Virus record (IMG/VR): IMGVR_UViG_3300028048_000071
Location: 32,001 to 96,000 of that record
Source of the DNA: a virus
Taxonomy: Duplodnaviria; Caudoviricetes
Reading direction: 5' to 3' (one strand)
Length of the DNA stretch: 64,000 nt
This document shows positions 20,151 through 30,782 of this stretch, piece after piece. The stretch's first letter is position 1; each line of letters begins with the position of its first letter. Below the pieces are notes generated by a model that was given only the letters and a program-made list of their open reading frames with translations, had not been told where the DNA came from and searched no databases. A program made the position numbers and the translations under genes.

Positions 20151-21420
20151 TGCCACTCAGGCTACTAGAATTACCAATCCTACTAAAGCTTATTATGATG
20201 ATTTCGTTGCAATAAGCAATCAAACATTTGATAATGCACCTAATGTTAAATACAATGAAATTCAATATGAAGTTCATTATGGTCAAAGAGACTTTAAACC
20301 AATACCAATGGTTAGAGTTGAGCCTGTTGTTAATTATAATACAGGTATTCAAGTAGGAGATGATTATCAAGTATTTATTTTTACTCCAGATTTTCCTGAA
20401 CCATATTATGGTATGAAATTTAAATGGGGTAGAAATTATTATTTAGTTATAAATGTTGATAAAGGTTCTGGATTATCTACCAGTGCAGAAGTAAGAAGAT
20501 GTAATAATACATTGAGATTTTTTGATGAGAATGGGAATAAAATATATGAACCTTGCATTTTAGACCAAGTGTTAAGATTCACGAATAATAATGACACTAT
20601 GACTATCGTCACTGGTAAAGCTGAACAATATGTATGGTGCCAACGTAATAGTAGAACTGTCAAAATAAAACCTAATGATAGATTTTTATTTGGTGTTCCT
20701 GAACAAAGAATTGGATTTAGACTATATGCTGGTGGTTTAGGAAATTCTCTTAATACAATTACAGGAGATGACCATTCACCAACTCTAACTCAATTTTATA
20801 TAGAAGAATATGAAATAAATTATCAAGAAGATGATATAGAAAATGGTTTTGCTAGTGCGGAAAGATATGAATATAGTATTGATATAAGTGAAAATAACAC
20901 TTATTTTGATATTGGTGCTACAGCTACTTTGAATGCTGTTATTTATAGAGGAAAAGAAGTGGTAAATAAGAATGTCATTTGGACTTCTTCTGATGAAGAT
21001 ATTATCTCTGTTAATGATAAAACTTTAACTGCAATTTCTGCAGGAGAAGTTACATTATATGCTGCTATGGAAGATAATAAAAATATTTATGGTTCTATAA
21101 ATATAACTGTATTAGATTCTGAAACAGAAGAGGATATATACAATATACTAATTAATCCAGATATAAATTATGTTTTAGAAGGAGAGACAATTTCTATAAC
21201 TGCTAACTTATATAAAAATGGAATAAAACAAGATGATATGTTGACTATTGTAGATGTAAGTGAAAACGTACCTAGACAAAATTATAGGATGACTGTTAAA
21301 GACAACACATTTACAATTGAAAATAAGCAGAAATATTTAAAGAATAAAGTGAAAGTTCAATGTTCTTATAATAATGAATTATTTGAAGTATTTGAATTTA
21401 CATTGAGGGGGTTATATTAA
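20131..21420 (+). CDS. head-closure/connector protein with Ig-like (Big_2) domain
   Basis: VIWTSSDEDIISV...AISAGEVTL Ig motif; position. Confidence 0.6.
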   Translation: MALKYYNATQATRITNPTKAYYDDFVAISNQTFDNAPNVKYNEIQYEVHYGQRDFKPIPMVRVEPVVNYNTGIQVGDDYQVFIFTPDFPEPYYGMKFKWGRNYYLVINVDKGSGLSTSAEVRRCNNTLRFFDENGNKIYEPCILDQVLRFTNNNDTMTIVTGKAEQYVWCQRNSRTVKIKPNDRFLFGVPEQRIGFRLYAGGLGNSLNTITGDDHSPTLTQFYIEEYEINYQEDDIENGFASAERYEYSIDISENNTYFDIGATATLNAVIYRGKEVVNKNVIWTSSDEDIISVNDKTLTAISAGEVTLYAAMEDNKNIYGSINITVLDSETEEDIYNILINPDINYVLEGETISITANLYKNGIKQDDMLTIVDVSENVPRQNYRMTVKDNTFTIENKQKYLKNKVKVQCSYNNELFEVFEFTLRGLY

Positions 21421-21977
21421 TGGTTGATATGAAAGCCGTTAAAGATGCTTATGCAACATATAATGTTATGCCAGAATTAAGTTATAAGATTATAGAACAT
21501 TTGATGACTAATCCAGAAGCAGAAATTATATGGAAATTATTAAAATATAATGATGCAGAAGCTTGGTCTAAGCCAAATTTGACCAAGAAGGAAAAGGCAG
21601 CAATGATATATGATGGGGTTGGAGCTCAAGATGATTTTAATGTTTTTCTTGATTATTTTATGGATGAATCTACAAATAAGGAGAAAAGTTTCTTGAGAAT
21701 TTATCCGGCTCAAATATTTCCTACTACAAGAACATATGGAATTTGTTGTGTTAATATAGAAGTGTTTATACACTCTCAAATAAATCATTTATCAAATTAT
21801 ACCACTAGATTAGATACTATAATTCAAAAACTATTAGAAGTATTAAATGGCTGTGACGTTAATGGAGTAGGGGTCTTATACTTCGACGCTAGCGTTACTA
21901 CTTATAGTCGTATTATAACTACTGGTGAAAAGCCATATAAAGGTAAAGTAATCACAATGGGGGTTAATTTGGCTTAA
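21420..21977 (+). CDS. putative tail completion/terminator protein
   Basis: position; TAATG coupling on both sides. Confidence 0.5.
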   Translation: MVDMKAVKDAYATYNVMPELSYKIIEHLMTNPEAEIIWKLLKYNDAEAWSKPNLTKKEKAAMIYDGVGAQDDFNVFLDYFMDESTNKEKSFLRIYPAQIFPTTRTYGICCVNIEVFIHSQINHLSNYTTRLDTIIQKLLEVLNGCDVNGVGVLYFDASVTTYSRIITTGEKPYKGKVITMGVNLA

Positions 21978-22744
21978 TGAATAATATAAAAGAATATGAT
22001 TTTTACTTATTCTATGATAAACCAATACCTTATAAAGATTTACTTATTTATCCTGCTACTATGGATAAATATTTAGATTTTCATTTTTATATAAATTGTT
22101 TATTATTAGATAAAAATAGTATTCCTAACCCAGAAGTTATATCAATGACATATTTACAATTTTTGTATTATATGGCAAGTACGACTGAGTTACCATATTT
22201 GTATATGTTCAAGGAGCTGTTGAAGATGGTTTTACATATAGATGATGATAGCTCTTTTTGGTTTGGAACAGATTCAAACGGTAAAGCTATCTTTAAAATA
22301 AATGGGGTCGCTTACAATTCTGATGATTGTGATAAAATGACCGATATTATTTTTATGCAAAATAGTATAGAACATATAGACGAAACTATTCAAAAAGAAG
22401 TAAGAGACGCAATGGATAAAGCAAAGGTCTATAAGATGAAACAAAACGCATATAAAATGTGTTCTTTAGAAGACCAAATGATATGCGTCTTAATATCGAC
22501 ACCTTTAAAGTTGCAAGATATTTATGATTTAACAATCAGAAAATTTAGCAAAATATTAGAGCGTGTTGACCATAAATTGCATTATGAAATTTATTTAGGT
22601 GCTGAAATGTCTGGTATGGTTAAGTTTAAAGACGAAGACCATATTAAACATTGGATGGCTGATTTAACAAAATCAGATAATTATGAAGATGTTAAAGTTG
22701 ATGCTGAAGAAATGCACCATAAAATAGATGATATAAATAAATAA
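21977..22744 (+). CDS. hypothetical tail-assembly protein
   Basis: 255 aa; IYDLTIRKF...HW motif; precedes tail tube gene. Confidence 0.55.
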   Translation: MNNIKEYDFYLFYDKPIPYKDLLIYPATMDKYLDFHFYINCLLLDKNSIPNPEVISMTYLQFLYYMASTTELPYLYMFKELLKMVLHIDDDSSFWFGTDSNGKAIFKINGVAYNSDDCDKMTDIIFMQNSIEHIDETIQKEVRDAMDKAKVYKMKQNAYKMCSLEDQMICVLISTPLKLQDIYDLTIRKFSKILERVDHKLHYEIYLGAEMSGMVKFKDEDHIKHWMADLTKSDNYEDVKVDAEEMHHKIDDINK

Positions 22745-22766
22745 AAAAAATGAAGGAGGATAAAAT

Positions 22767-23807
22767 ATGAAAAAGTTTTTAGTAAGTACAGCTAATGTAT
22801 ATGGTTACGATTCTGACGATAACTTACTATTCGTTGGTACTACATTAATGGACAGTTCTATTGAAACAACTTTATCAAATACTGATGTTCGTGCTGGACA
22901 AGGTAACCAATTACAATATATTTATTATCACACTGCTGAAATGAACATTACTATTAATGAAGCTCAATTCTCATTACCATATTTAGCATTAAACGTAGGT
23001 TCTGCTATTACAACTGGAGCTAATGTATGGACTACTGAAACTATATCAGTTGAAAACGGAGCTGGAACTGTTACTGGAACTCCATTAGCAATTTCTGGAA
23101 CAACTTTATATGGTTGGGTTACTGATAAAGACGGTAATATTGAAAGAGTTACTTTCACAGGAAGTTCATTCAATATGAGTGATAGTACATATGCTGGTGA
23201 TGTTTGTGTAAGATATTATACTAATGACGCTTCTGCTCAACAAATTACTGTTTATGCAGATATGTTACCAAGTACAATTAGATTAGTTATGGAGGCTCAA
23301 TTATGTAGTTCTGATTCTACAACAAATAGAATTGGTACATTACAAGTTGAAGTTCCAAGAGCTTCAATGACAGGAGCATTTACATTATCAATGACTCCAG
23401 ATTCAGTAGCTCAAACTCCATTAACAGTTAGAGCATTATCATATACACCAACAAATAATGGTGGATGTACTGCAAATAGACCAGTATATGCTCAAATAAC
23501 TGAAATTTTATTTGATAGAAAATGGTATGACAATGTTATAGCATTAGCTATTGAAGGTGGAGATTTCTCATTAGTAGAAGGAGCAACAAAGACTTTAAAA
23601 GTATTTGCTATTCCTAACGATGGAAGTGCTGCATTCTTAGCACCAGTATCTGCTATTACATTTAGTTCAGATGATGATACAAAAGCATCTATAGACAATT
23701 CTGGAGTTGTAACAGCTGAAGCTGCTGGTTCAGCAACTGTTAAAGCTACTATCACTGAAAAACCATCAGTAGATGCAAATGTAATTGTTACTGTAACTGC
23801 TGAATAA
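22767..23807 (+). CDS. major tail (tube) protein with C-terminal Ig-like domain
   Basis: highly-expressed codon style, strong SD, FSSDDDTKASIDNSGVVTA Ig motif; no sheath gene seen, so siphovirus-like. Confidence 0.75.
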   Translation: MKKFLVSTANVYGYDSDDNLLFVGTTLMDSSIETTLSNTDVRAGQGNQLQYIYYHTAEMNITINEAQFSLPYLALNVGSAITTGANVWTTETISVENGAGTVTGTPLAISGTTLYGWVTDKDGNIERVTFTGSSFNMSDSTYAGDVCVRYYTNDASAQQITVYADMLPSTIRLVMEAQLCSSDSTTNRIGTLQVEVPRASMTGAFTLSMTPDSVAQTPLTVRALSYTPTNNGGCTANRPVYAQITEILFDRKWYDNVIALAIEGGDFSLVEGATKTLKVFAIPNDGSAAFLAPVSAITFSSDDDTKASIDNSGVVTAEAAGSATVKATITEKPSVDANVIVTVTAE

Positions 23808-23816
23808 TTTTAGTTT

Positions 23817-24278
23817 ATGGCTAAAATAAATTGTCAATATAGTCAATATAAAAAAGTTGGTTTAGAGCAGAGTTTAACCTGCTCTTTAACCGGCAAATAT
23901 TGTACTAAACAAAGGTATTGTCCTACTCAACGTAGGTTAGTTAATACTGATGATTGGCAGACTTGTACTCAGTTAAAAAAGGAGGAACTACAAATGGCTA
24001 ACAAAAAGAATACTAAAAAGGCTAATGTTACAAAGACAGTTCCTGTTGAAGAAACTGTTGAAACAAAAGTAGTAGAAGAATCTATAATTGAAACAGAGGA
24101 AAAAGTTTCTGCTATTGAAGTAGAAAAAGAACCAGAAGTTGTTGAGATTAAAGAGGATTTTACTAAATATGAAATAATATTAGCAACTCCATCATATTAT
24201 ATAATTAATAGAGATGGTAAAAACATAACAATAAAAGAAATAAATAATTATAAGAAAGGGGACATTGTTACTTTATAA
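23817..24278 (+). CDS. hypothetical protein (Cys-rich N-terminus; alternative start at 23994)
   Basis: open frame with CxxQRYC; strong internal AAGGAGG before ATG 23994. Confidence 0.55.
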   Translation: MAKINCQYSQYKKVGLEQSLTCSLTGKYCTKQRYCPTQRRLVNTDDWQTCTQLKKEELQMANKKNTKKANVTKTVPVEETVETKVVEESIIETEEKVSAIEVEKEPEVVEIKEDFTKYEIILATPSYYIINRDGKNITIKEINNYKKGDIVTL

Positions 24279-24307
24279 AAGGACGTGTCCTTTTCTTTTT
24301 ATTTTTA
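24254..24307 (+). terminator. intrinsic terminator
   Basis: AAAAGGAC-gt-GTCCTTTT (or GAAAGGGGACA/TGTCCTTTTC) followed by long T run. Confidence 0.6.
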
Positions 24308-24342
24308 TAAATTACAAAATAGAGAAGAAAAGGGGCTAATAT

Positions 24343-24792
24343 ATGGAACAAATTACAATTGGACAAATATTCAGCATCTTTGCGGTACTTGCAGGTGCAA
24401 TTGGTTCTATAGGAATTGTTATAGGTGCCATTGTTAAGTTTTGGAAATGGGTCAATAAAAAAGAAATGAATCCGATTTTAGAAGAAATAAAAAAAGTTAA
24501 TGATAAAATCGAAAAAGTTAATAAAAATGTTGATGACGTTAGAGATGATATGACTAAAAAGATGGATGAAGCACATCGACAGATGAACGAGAAAATAGAC
24601 TCATTAGAAATAAACCAATGTAAAGATGCAATTGTTGATTTTATATCAGATATAAAGTCAGGTAAAAACGTATCTTCAAAAGAAGAACGTGCTTATGAGG
24701 CTTATGATAAATATACTAATGTATATCATCAAAATTCTTATATCCATAAATTATGGGAAGAGAATATAAATAAAGATAATACAAAGGAGTAG
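24343..24792 (+). CDS. membrane-anchored coiled-coil protein (holin/lysis-associated candidate)
   Basis: one N-terminal TM helix, coiled coil, C-terminal YDKY...NSYI. Confidence 0.6.
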   Translation: MEQITIGQIFSIFAVLAGAIGSIGIVIGAIVKFWKWVNKKEMNPILEEIKKVNDKIEKVNKNVDDVRDDMTKKMDEAHRQMNEKIDSLEINQCKDAIVDFISDIKSGKNVSSKEERAYEAYDKYTNVYHQNSYIHKLWEENINKDNTKE

Positions 24793-24799
24793 ATGAACA

Positions 24800-24982
24800 T
24801 TGGAACTCATCATTATTATTTTGGTGTTGATGATTATAGGATTTGTAATAATCCCCGTGTGCTTAAATTTGTGTAAAGAACAGATATGGGAATTTGTTAA
24901 AGAGAATATAGAAAAAGACGCAAGATATAACAAGATGGTGAAAGAAATGTTGAAAGGAAAAAAAATAAGATGGAGATTTTAG
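24800..24982 (+). CDS. small membrane protein
   Basis: 60 aa, N-terminal TM, AAGGAG SD, TTG start, overlaps next gene. Confidence 0.5.
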   Translation: MELIIIILVLMIIGFVIIPVCLNLCKEQIWEFVKENIEKDARYNKMVKEMLKGKKIRWRF

Positions 24983-25500
24983 GAATTGATGCCGCAACTA
25001 AAAAAACCGGTTATAGCATTTTAGATTCAGAAACTGGCAATTTGGTTGATTATGGCTTAATAGAAACTAGCTCTGTTGATGTTAGGGACAGAATGAAGGA
25101 AATCTATTCTAAATTAAAAGAAATAATTACAAATAATAATAACATCAAGGTAGTTGTTGTTGAGGATGTACCCGTTAATAATCATTCAAATTTAAAAACG
25201 GGTAAGGACTTATCAATACTACACGGAGTAATATTAGGGGTATGTTTTGAACAACACCTACCTTGTGTAGTTTATGCACCATCAGGTTGGCGTTCAGTTG
25301 TAGGAACCTATGACGGAACTAGACAAGGGATGAAAAGAGAAGTGCAAAAACAAACTGCCGTAAATAAGGTAAACGAAATATATAATTTGGATTTTAATTA
25401 TTATCCAAGAGATACAAAAAAGAATAAAAGTGATGATGATAAGGCTGAGGCTATATTAATAGCAAGAGCTTTGTATTTAGAAAACAAGGAGGAAATTTAA
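24970..25500 (+). CDS. ruvC: RuvC-like Holliday junction resolvase
   Basis: ILGIDAATKKTGY, VVVED, APSGWR, DDKAEAILIA acidic catalytic pattern. Confidence 0.8.
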   Translation: MEILGIDAATKKTGYSILDSETGNLVDYGLIETSSVDVRDRMKEIYSKLKEIITNNNNIKVVVVEDVPVNNHSNLKTGKDLSILHGVILGVCFEQHLPCVVYAPSGWRSVVGTYDGTRQGMKREVQKQTAVNKVNEIYNLDFNYYPRDTKKNKSDDDKAEAILIARALYLENKEEI

Positions 25501-25502
25501 TT

Positions 25503-26009
25503 ATGGAAAAGATTGAAAGAAATGGAGTTTCAGTTGAATTAAAAAGAAATTATCTTACTGCAGGACAAGTTACTAATTTAATTTCTGAAGTTATAAAAAT
25601 TTATAATAATGGAGGATTATTAGATGATTATGCTTTTAATCCTGTTGATATGGAAATGAATTTTTATGCTGGATTATTTTATTATACAGTAGAAGAATAT
25701 AATGATATGGAAGATAATGATGAATTTGAAAAACTTTTTAGTGCAGGTATTCATAAAGAATTATTAGAAAAAGTTGAAAATGCTCAACTTGCATATGATT
25801 TAATGTGGAAAACTGCTAAAGAAGTAGGTAATTCAATTGGAACAATTTTAAATAAAATAAAAGGTTTTCTTGATAATTTACCAGAACAAGAAGATTTAAA
25901 TAAACTTGTAGATAAATTACCTAAAGAATGGGAAGCTGTTAAAAACGAATATGACGACATTATTGGAAGAAAAATAGAAGATAATGAAGTTAAGGGGGAC
26001 AAGGAATAA
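25503..26009 (+). CDS. hypothetical protein (possible tail assembly chaperone)
   Basis: acidic 168 aa upstream of tape measure; AAGGAGG SD. Confidence 0.55.
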   Translation: MEKIERNGVSVELKRNYLTAGQVTNLISEVIKIYNNGGLLDDYAFNPVDMEMNFYAGLFYYTVEEYNDMEDNDEFEKLFSAGIHKELLEKVENAQLAYDLMWKTAKEVGNSIGTILNKIKGFLDNLPEQEDLNKLVDKLPKEWEAVKNEYDDIIGRKIEDNEVKGDKE

Positions 26010-26031
26010 TATTCCACGCCCTCTTTTTTTT
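25992..26031 (+). terminator. terminator-like hairpin
   Basis: AGGGGG..GGAATA-a-TATTCC..CCCTCT then T run. Confidence 0.45.
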
Positions 26032-26063
26032 AGGAAATAACAAAATTGAAAGGAGACGGCTTT

Positions 26064-26579
26064 ATGGCACAAACTTTTAATAATAATAATGAAATGAAAA
26101 GTTATTTTAATAAAGTAATAGAAGAAGTTATTGAAGCTGTTTCTAATGATTTATTAAATGATTTTTTAAAACATATTGATGAAACAATATATGCTGCTAA
26201 ACCAGGAGAGTATGAGAGATATTATAAAGATGGAGGTTTTTATTCTGGTTGGAAAATATCTGATGAACAAGATAAACAAATCGGAGATTATGTAAAAGCA
26301 TTGGTTTTTGATGGTAGCAGATTAATCGCTCCTCAAAATGATATGAGAAATAGTCAGATGTCACACGGTGGTCACGATGGTGGAGATGTTAGAAACTTAA
26401 TGGCAATGATATTAAATAATGCTTATGATAACCTTATGTATTCTTATAATGGTGGTGCTTTATATTTAGCTGAACTTAGTAGCCAAGGATATTGGGATTC
26501 TTATGTTATAGATTTAGATAAAAAGATAGTTAAGTGGTTCGATAAAGAACTTGGAAAATATGGCATAAAAAGGGGGTGA
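26064..26579 (+). CDS. hypothetical tail-region protein
   Basis: start 26064 after AAAGGAG; precedes tape measure. Confidence 0.6.
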   Translation: MAQTFNNNNEMKSYFNKVIEEVIEAVSNDLLNDFLKHIDETIYAAKPGEYERYYKDGGFYSGWKISDEQDKQIGDYVKALVFDGSRLIAPQNDMRNSQMSHGGHDGGDVRNLMAMILNNAYDNLMYSYNGGALYLAELSSQGYWDSYVIDLDKKIVKWFDKELGKYGIKRG

Positions 26580-26586
26580 ATAGCAA

Positions 26587-29500
26587 ATGGATAGTAATAA
26601 ATATAGCGTAAAAGTTGGAATTAAATTAGATGAAAAAGCCGTTGCTAATATTAGTAATGAATTAGATACAAAATTGAAAGATAAGAATGTCAATATTAGT
26701 ATTGATGCTAAAAATCTTGAACAGATAAAAGACCTTTTAAATAATATTTATCTCGAATTAGGGCGTATCGAAAAGAAGAATGGATTTAGTTCTGCTACTA
26801 AGGGAGCTAAAGAATTTAATAAAGAACTTGAACAAACAACAAAACGTATTAAAAATCAATCTTTTGCAACAGATAACTGGGTTTATAACTGGTCTAAAGC
26901 GATGCAATCTTTCTTAACATATAATACGGTAACTCAATTCTTTAATACTGTTAGTGATGGAATTAAAGATATGATAAGCCAAGTTAAAGAATTAGATGAT
27001 GCTTTAACTGAGTTTAAAAAAGTATCTGATTTATCGGGAGAAGCACTAGATAGATATGTAGATAAAGCTTATGAAATGGGTAAAACGGTTGCTAAGACTG
27101 GAACAGAAATGATTGAAGCTGCAACTTCATTTAAAAAATCTGGTTATGGAGATGAAATGTCTCTTGAATTAGGTAAAGTTGCAACAATGTATACAAATAT
27201 TGCAGATGAAGCAATTAGTTCTGCGGATGCTGCTGATTTCGTAATAGCACAAATGAAAGCGTTTAAACTTGAAACCGGAAGTGCCACAGAAACTTTAGAA
27301 AACGCATATCACGTTATTGACTCTGTAAATGAGGTTTCAAATAACTTTGCTGTTAGTTCTGCAGATATTGCAACAAACTTAGGTAAAGCTTCTGCGGTAA
27401 TGGCTAATGCTGGAAACTCTCTTGAACAAATGATTGGTCTTATGACGGCTGGTACAGAAATTACTCGTAATGGTAGTAAAGTAGCTAATGGTTTAAAAAC
27501 TTTGACATTAAGACTTCAAGGAATGAATGATGAAGGAGAAAAAGACCTTGAATTACAAGCACAAATGGAGGCTTTATTCCAAAAATTAGGAATTTCTGTT
27601 TATGATACGAATGGACAATTAAAAAACACATATGAAATACTTTCTACTTTAGCTCCTGTTTATGAAACATTAACTAATGCTGAAAAAGCTTATGTAACAG
27701 AAACAATTGCCGGTAAATATCAAGCACAAAATGCTGCTGCTATTCTTTCAAACTGGAAAGTTGCTGTTGATGCAACTACTACTGCTTTAAATAGTAATGG
27801 AAGTGCTGCAAAAGAAAATGAAAATGTTTTAGAATCTATTCAAGGACATTTACAAAAATTAAATAGTGCCTGGGAAGAATTATCAAGAAATTTATTTAAT
27901 AGCGACTTATTAAAATTTATAATAGATTTAGGAACTGCGTTTTTAAAATTAGCAAATAGTGGTGTTGGTAAATTTATAATAAAAATGACTGCAGGTATAG
28001 TTATTTATAAATTGGCTACTACTGCATTACAAAAATTATCAACTACTATAGTTTTAACTGCGGCAAAACAACAATTATTGGCGGGTAATACTAAAAAAGT
28101 AACAGAAGAAATGCTTAAGGAAAAGGCTGCAAGTATGACACTTGGAGGTTCCTTAAAACAATTAGGAGGGACTGGTGCAGCAGCTTTAAAATCTTTAGCT
28201 GTTAGTCCTCTTGGTTGGATTTCTGGAGCAATTACTGCCGTTACTCTTATTTCATCAATTCTTAAAGGAATAGATGAACAACAACACGAAGCTGCTCAAA
28301 AGACTGTTGAGGCGGCTGGCGAATTAGATGATAAGATTTCTAATTTAGATGAAATGTCTACAAAAATACAAGAATTAAGAAGTGTTACAGATAGCAGTAC
28401 ATCTAGTTATGAAGATGCAACAAAAGCAAGAGAAGAATTAAATAAAATACAAAAGCAATTAATAGAAGATTATGGTGCAGAAGCAGATAAAATTGATTTA
28501 GTTAACGGTTCTATTTCTGAGCAAATAGCAGAATTAAAGAAGTTAAAAAAAGAAGCGGCTCAAGATTATCTTGATAAAAATAGAGATGAATATAATAACG
28601 CTAAATATAAGCTTTATGATAAAAATAGAATGAGGCAGCTTCAAGGAAGTGATTCTACTAGAGCTTTAGGTACTGAAAACAGATGGGAAACTGATGTTAA
28701 AAGTATTACTTTCTTAGGTAAAAATGCAAAAAAAGAAAAGCAAGAATATATAGATGAACAAAAATTCTTTAATGAGTATGTAGATAATTATAAAGAAATA
28801 ATGAATAAATATGGTAAGGTTAAGGAAGAAGCAAACAAAAATAATGGGAAAACAGAATTAACCTTTGTAAGTGATAATGCCGATTCAGAAAAGAAGGCAT
28901 TGGAAGAGTGGAAAAAATATTTATCTGATAATGAAAAAGAAATAGTAAATTCAGGAATAATGACTCAAAAAGAATTTGATAGAGCTTTAGAATATACTAC
29001 CGATAATATAGGTGTTTTAGAAAAAAGATATGCTGATTATTATAATGTTTTAAAAGAATATCAAAAAGAACAACTTACTGCTGCAGGGTATGATGATTTT
29101 ATTGCAGATGTTAAAGAACTATCAAATACTGAAGAATTAAATAAAGAAAATGTTCAGAAATTAATTAACAAATATGATGGTCTTGGAAAAGCTTTAAAAA
29201 GTAATGGCATATCTGTAAAGAAGATAATTAAAGAATATCAGAATGTAGGAAAAGTTGTTAGTGAAAATTCTAAAGATATAGAAGATGCTACTAAGTTATT
29301 CTCTGATGAAGGAATGACTAGAAGTCAAATATTAAAATTAAAAGATAATAAAAATGCTTCTAAAGATTTAACTGATGCTTATAAATCATTAAAGAAAATA
29401 GCTGATGATTCTGGAATCAGTATGGAAGCTTTAATTAATTATCTAGTTCAAACAAAGCAAGTTGCTAAAGATACTAATGAAGAAGTAGTAAAAACTGTTG

Positions 29501-30782
29501 ATACTGTATTAAAAGAATTTGATACTGATATATCTTCAATAGCAGATAAATACGGCGTATTAACTTCCGCAGCAGAAGAATTTAATTCAAATGGATACAT
29601 AACAGTAGATACATTTAAAAGTTTAATGGATAATAATTTGTGGCAATATTTAGATTGGACTGCAAATGGATTAAATGCAAATACCGACGCATTAATTAAT
29701 GAAGCTGATGCCGCTAAATATAATGCCCTTGTTGCCTTACAAGATGCTTTTGCAAAAGATGCTCTTGCTATTGCAACTGGAGATGTTAGCAATCAGAGTG
29801 AAATAGCAAAAGCTGCTGTAGCGGGATTAAAGGGAGAAATGGATTCTGCTGGTCTTATTGCTCAAGCTAGAGCAGGAAATTTATTTACTTATGCTGGAGC
29901 TATTCAGGCAATTAAAGATGCAGAAAAAGGAAAAGACCTAAGCGACGCAGACATTGAGAAAAAAGCAGGACAATTAAAAAATCTTGCTACTGCATATAAT
30001 AATGCGGCAAAAGGAATTGCAAATATAAATTTACAAGCTTCTGCCAAGAAATCCCGTGGTTCTGGAGGGGGAGGAAGTTCATCCTCTAAATCCGAAAAAG
30101 AATGGTGGGAGAAGGCTTACGATGATTTAAAAGCCCAATTTGATTATTCTGATATAACAATAGAACAATATATTGGTGGCTTAGAAAATCTTCTAGGTAA
30201 ATTAGACAAAGGTTCTGATGCTTGGAAAAAGATTAATAAAGAATTACAAAAAGCTAAACTTGATAAAGTTAAAGATGATTACAATGCTGGTCGTATATCT
30301 TTAAATCAATATATTATTTCTTTACAGAATCTGCAAAAAGCATACAAAGAAGGAACAGACGCTTGGAATGATTTAGCTGACGCAATTAAAAAAGCTAAAT
30401 TAGATAAATTAAAAGAACAACAAAATGATTTGAAATCAGCATTATCTGCTGTAAATGATACATTAGATAAACAAATAGATAAATACGAAGAAGCAAAAGA
30501 TGCTGCTGATAAAAAATATGATGATGAAATAGATAAACTTGAAGAACTTCAAGATAAATTAGATGACCAAAATGATGATTATGAAAGAGCTCAACAAGCT
30601 GTTGCTGATTATTTAGATGAACAAATGAATGCAATGGAGAAACAACGTGATACTGTAGAAACATATTATGATAATGTTCTTGATGCAATTGAAAAGATGA
30701 ATGAAAAGCAACAAGAGTCTCTTGAATTAGCTGAGGCATATGAAGCATTAATGAATGCAATGACTCAAAAGACCAAGAAGGT
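26587..30782 (+). CDS. tape measure protein, exon 1
   Basis: TP901-type TMP core (ELDDALTEFKKV...IDSVNEVSNNFAVSS...AGKYQ); ends at predicted 5' splice site ...AAG AAG GT. Confidence 0.88.

Noticed and set aside
25503-26579. Programmed -1 frameshift tail chaperone pair
   Set aside because: No convincing slippery heptamer before the first stop; the second gene has its own strong SD after a hairpin.
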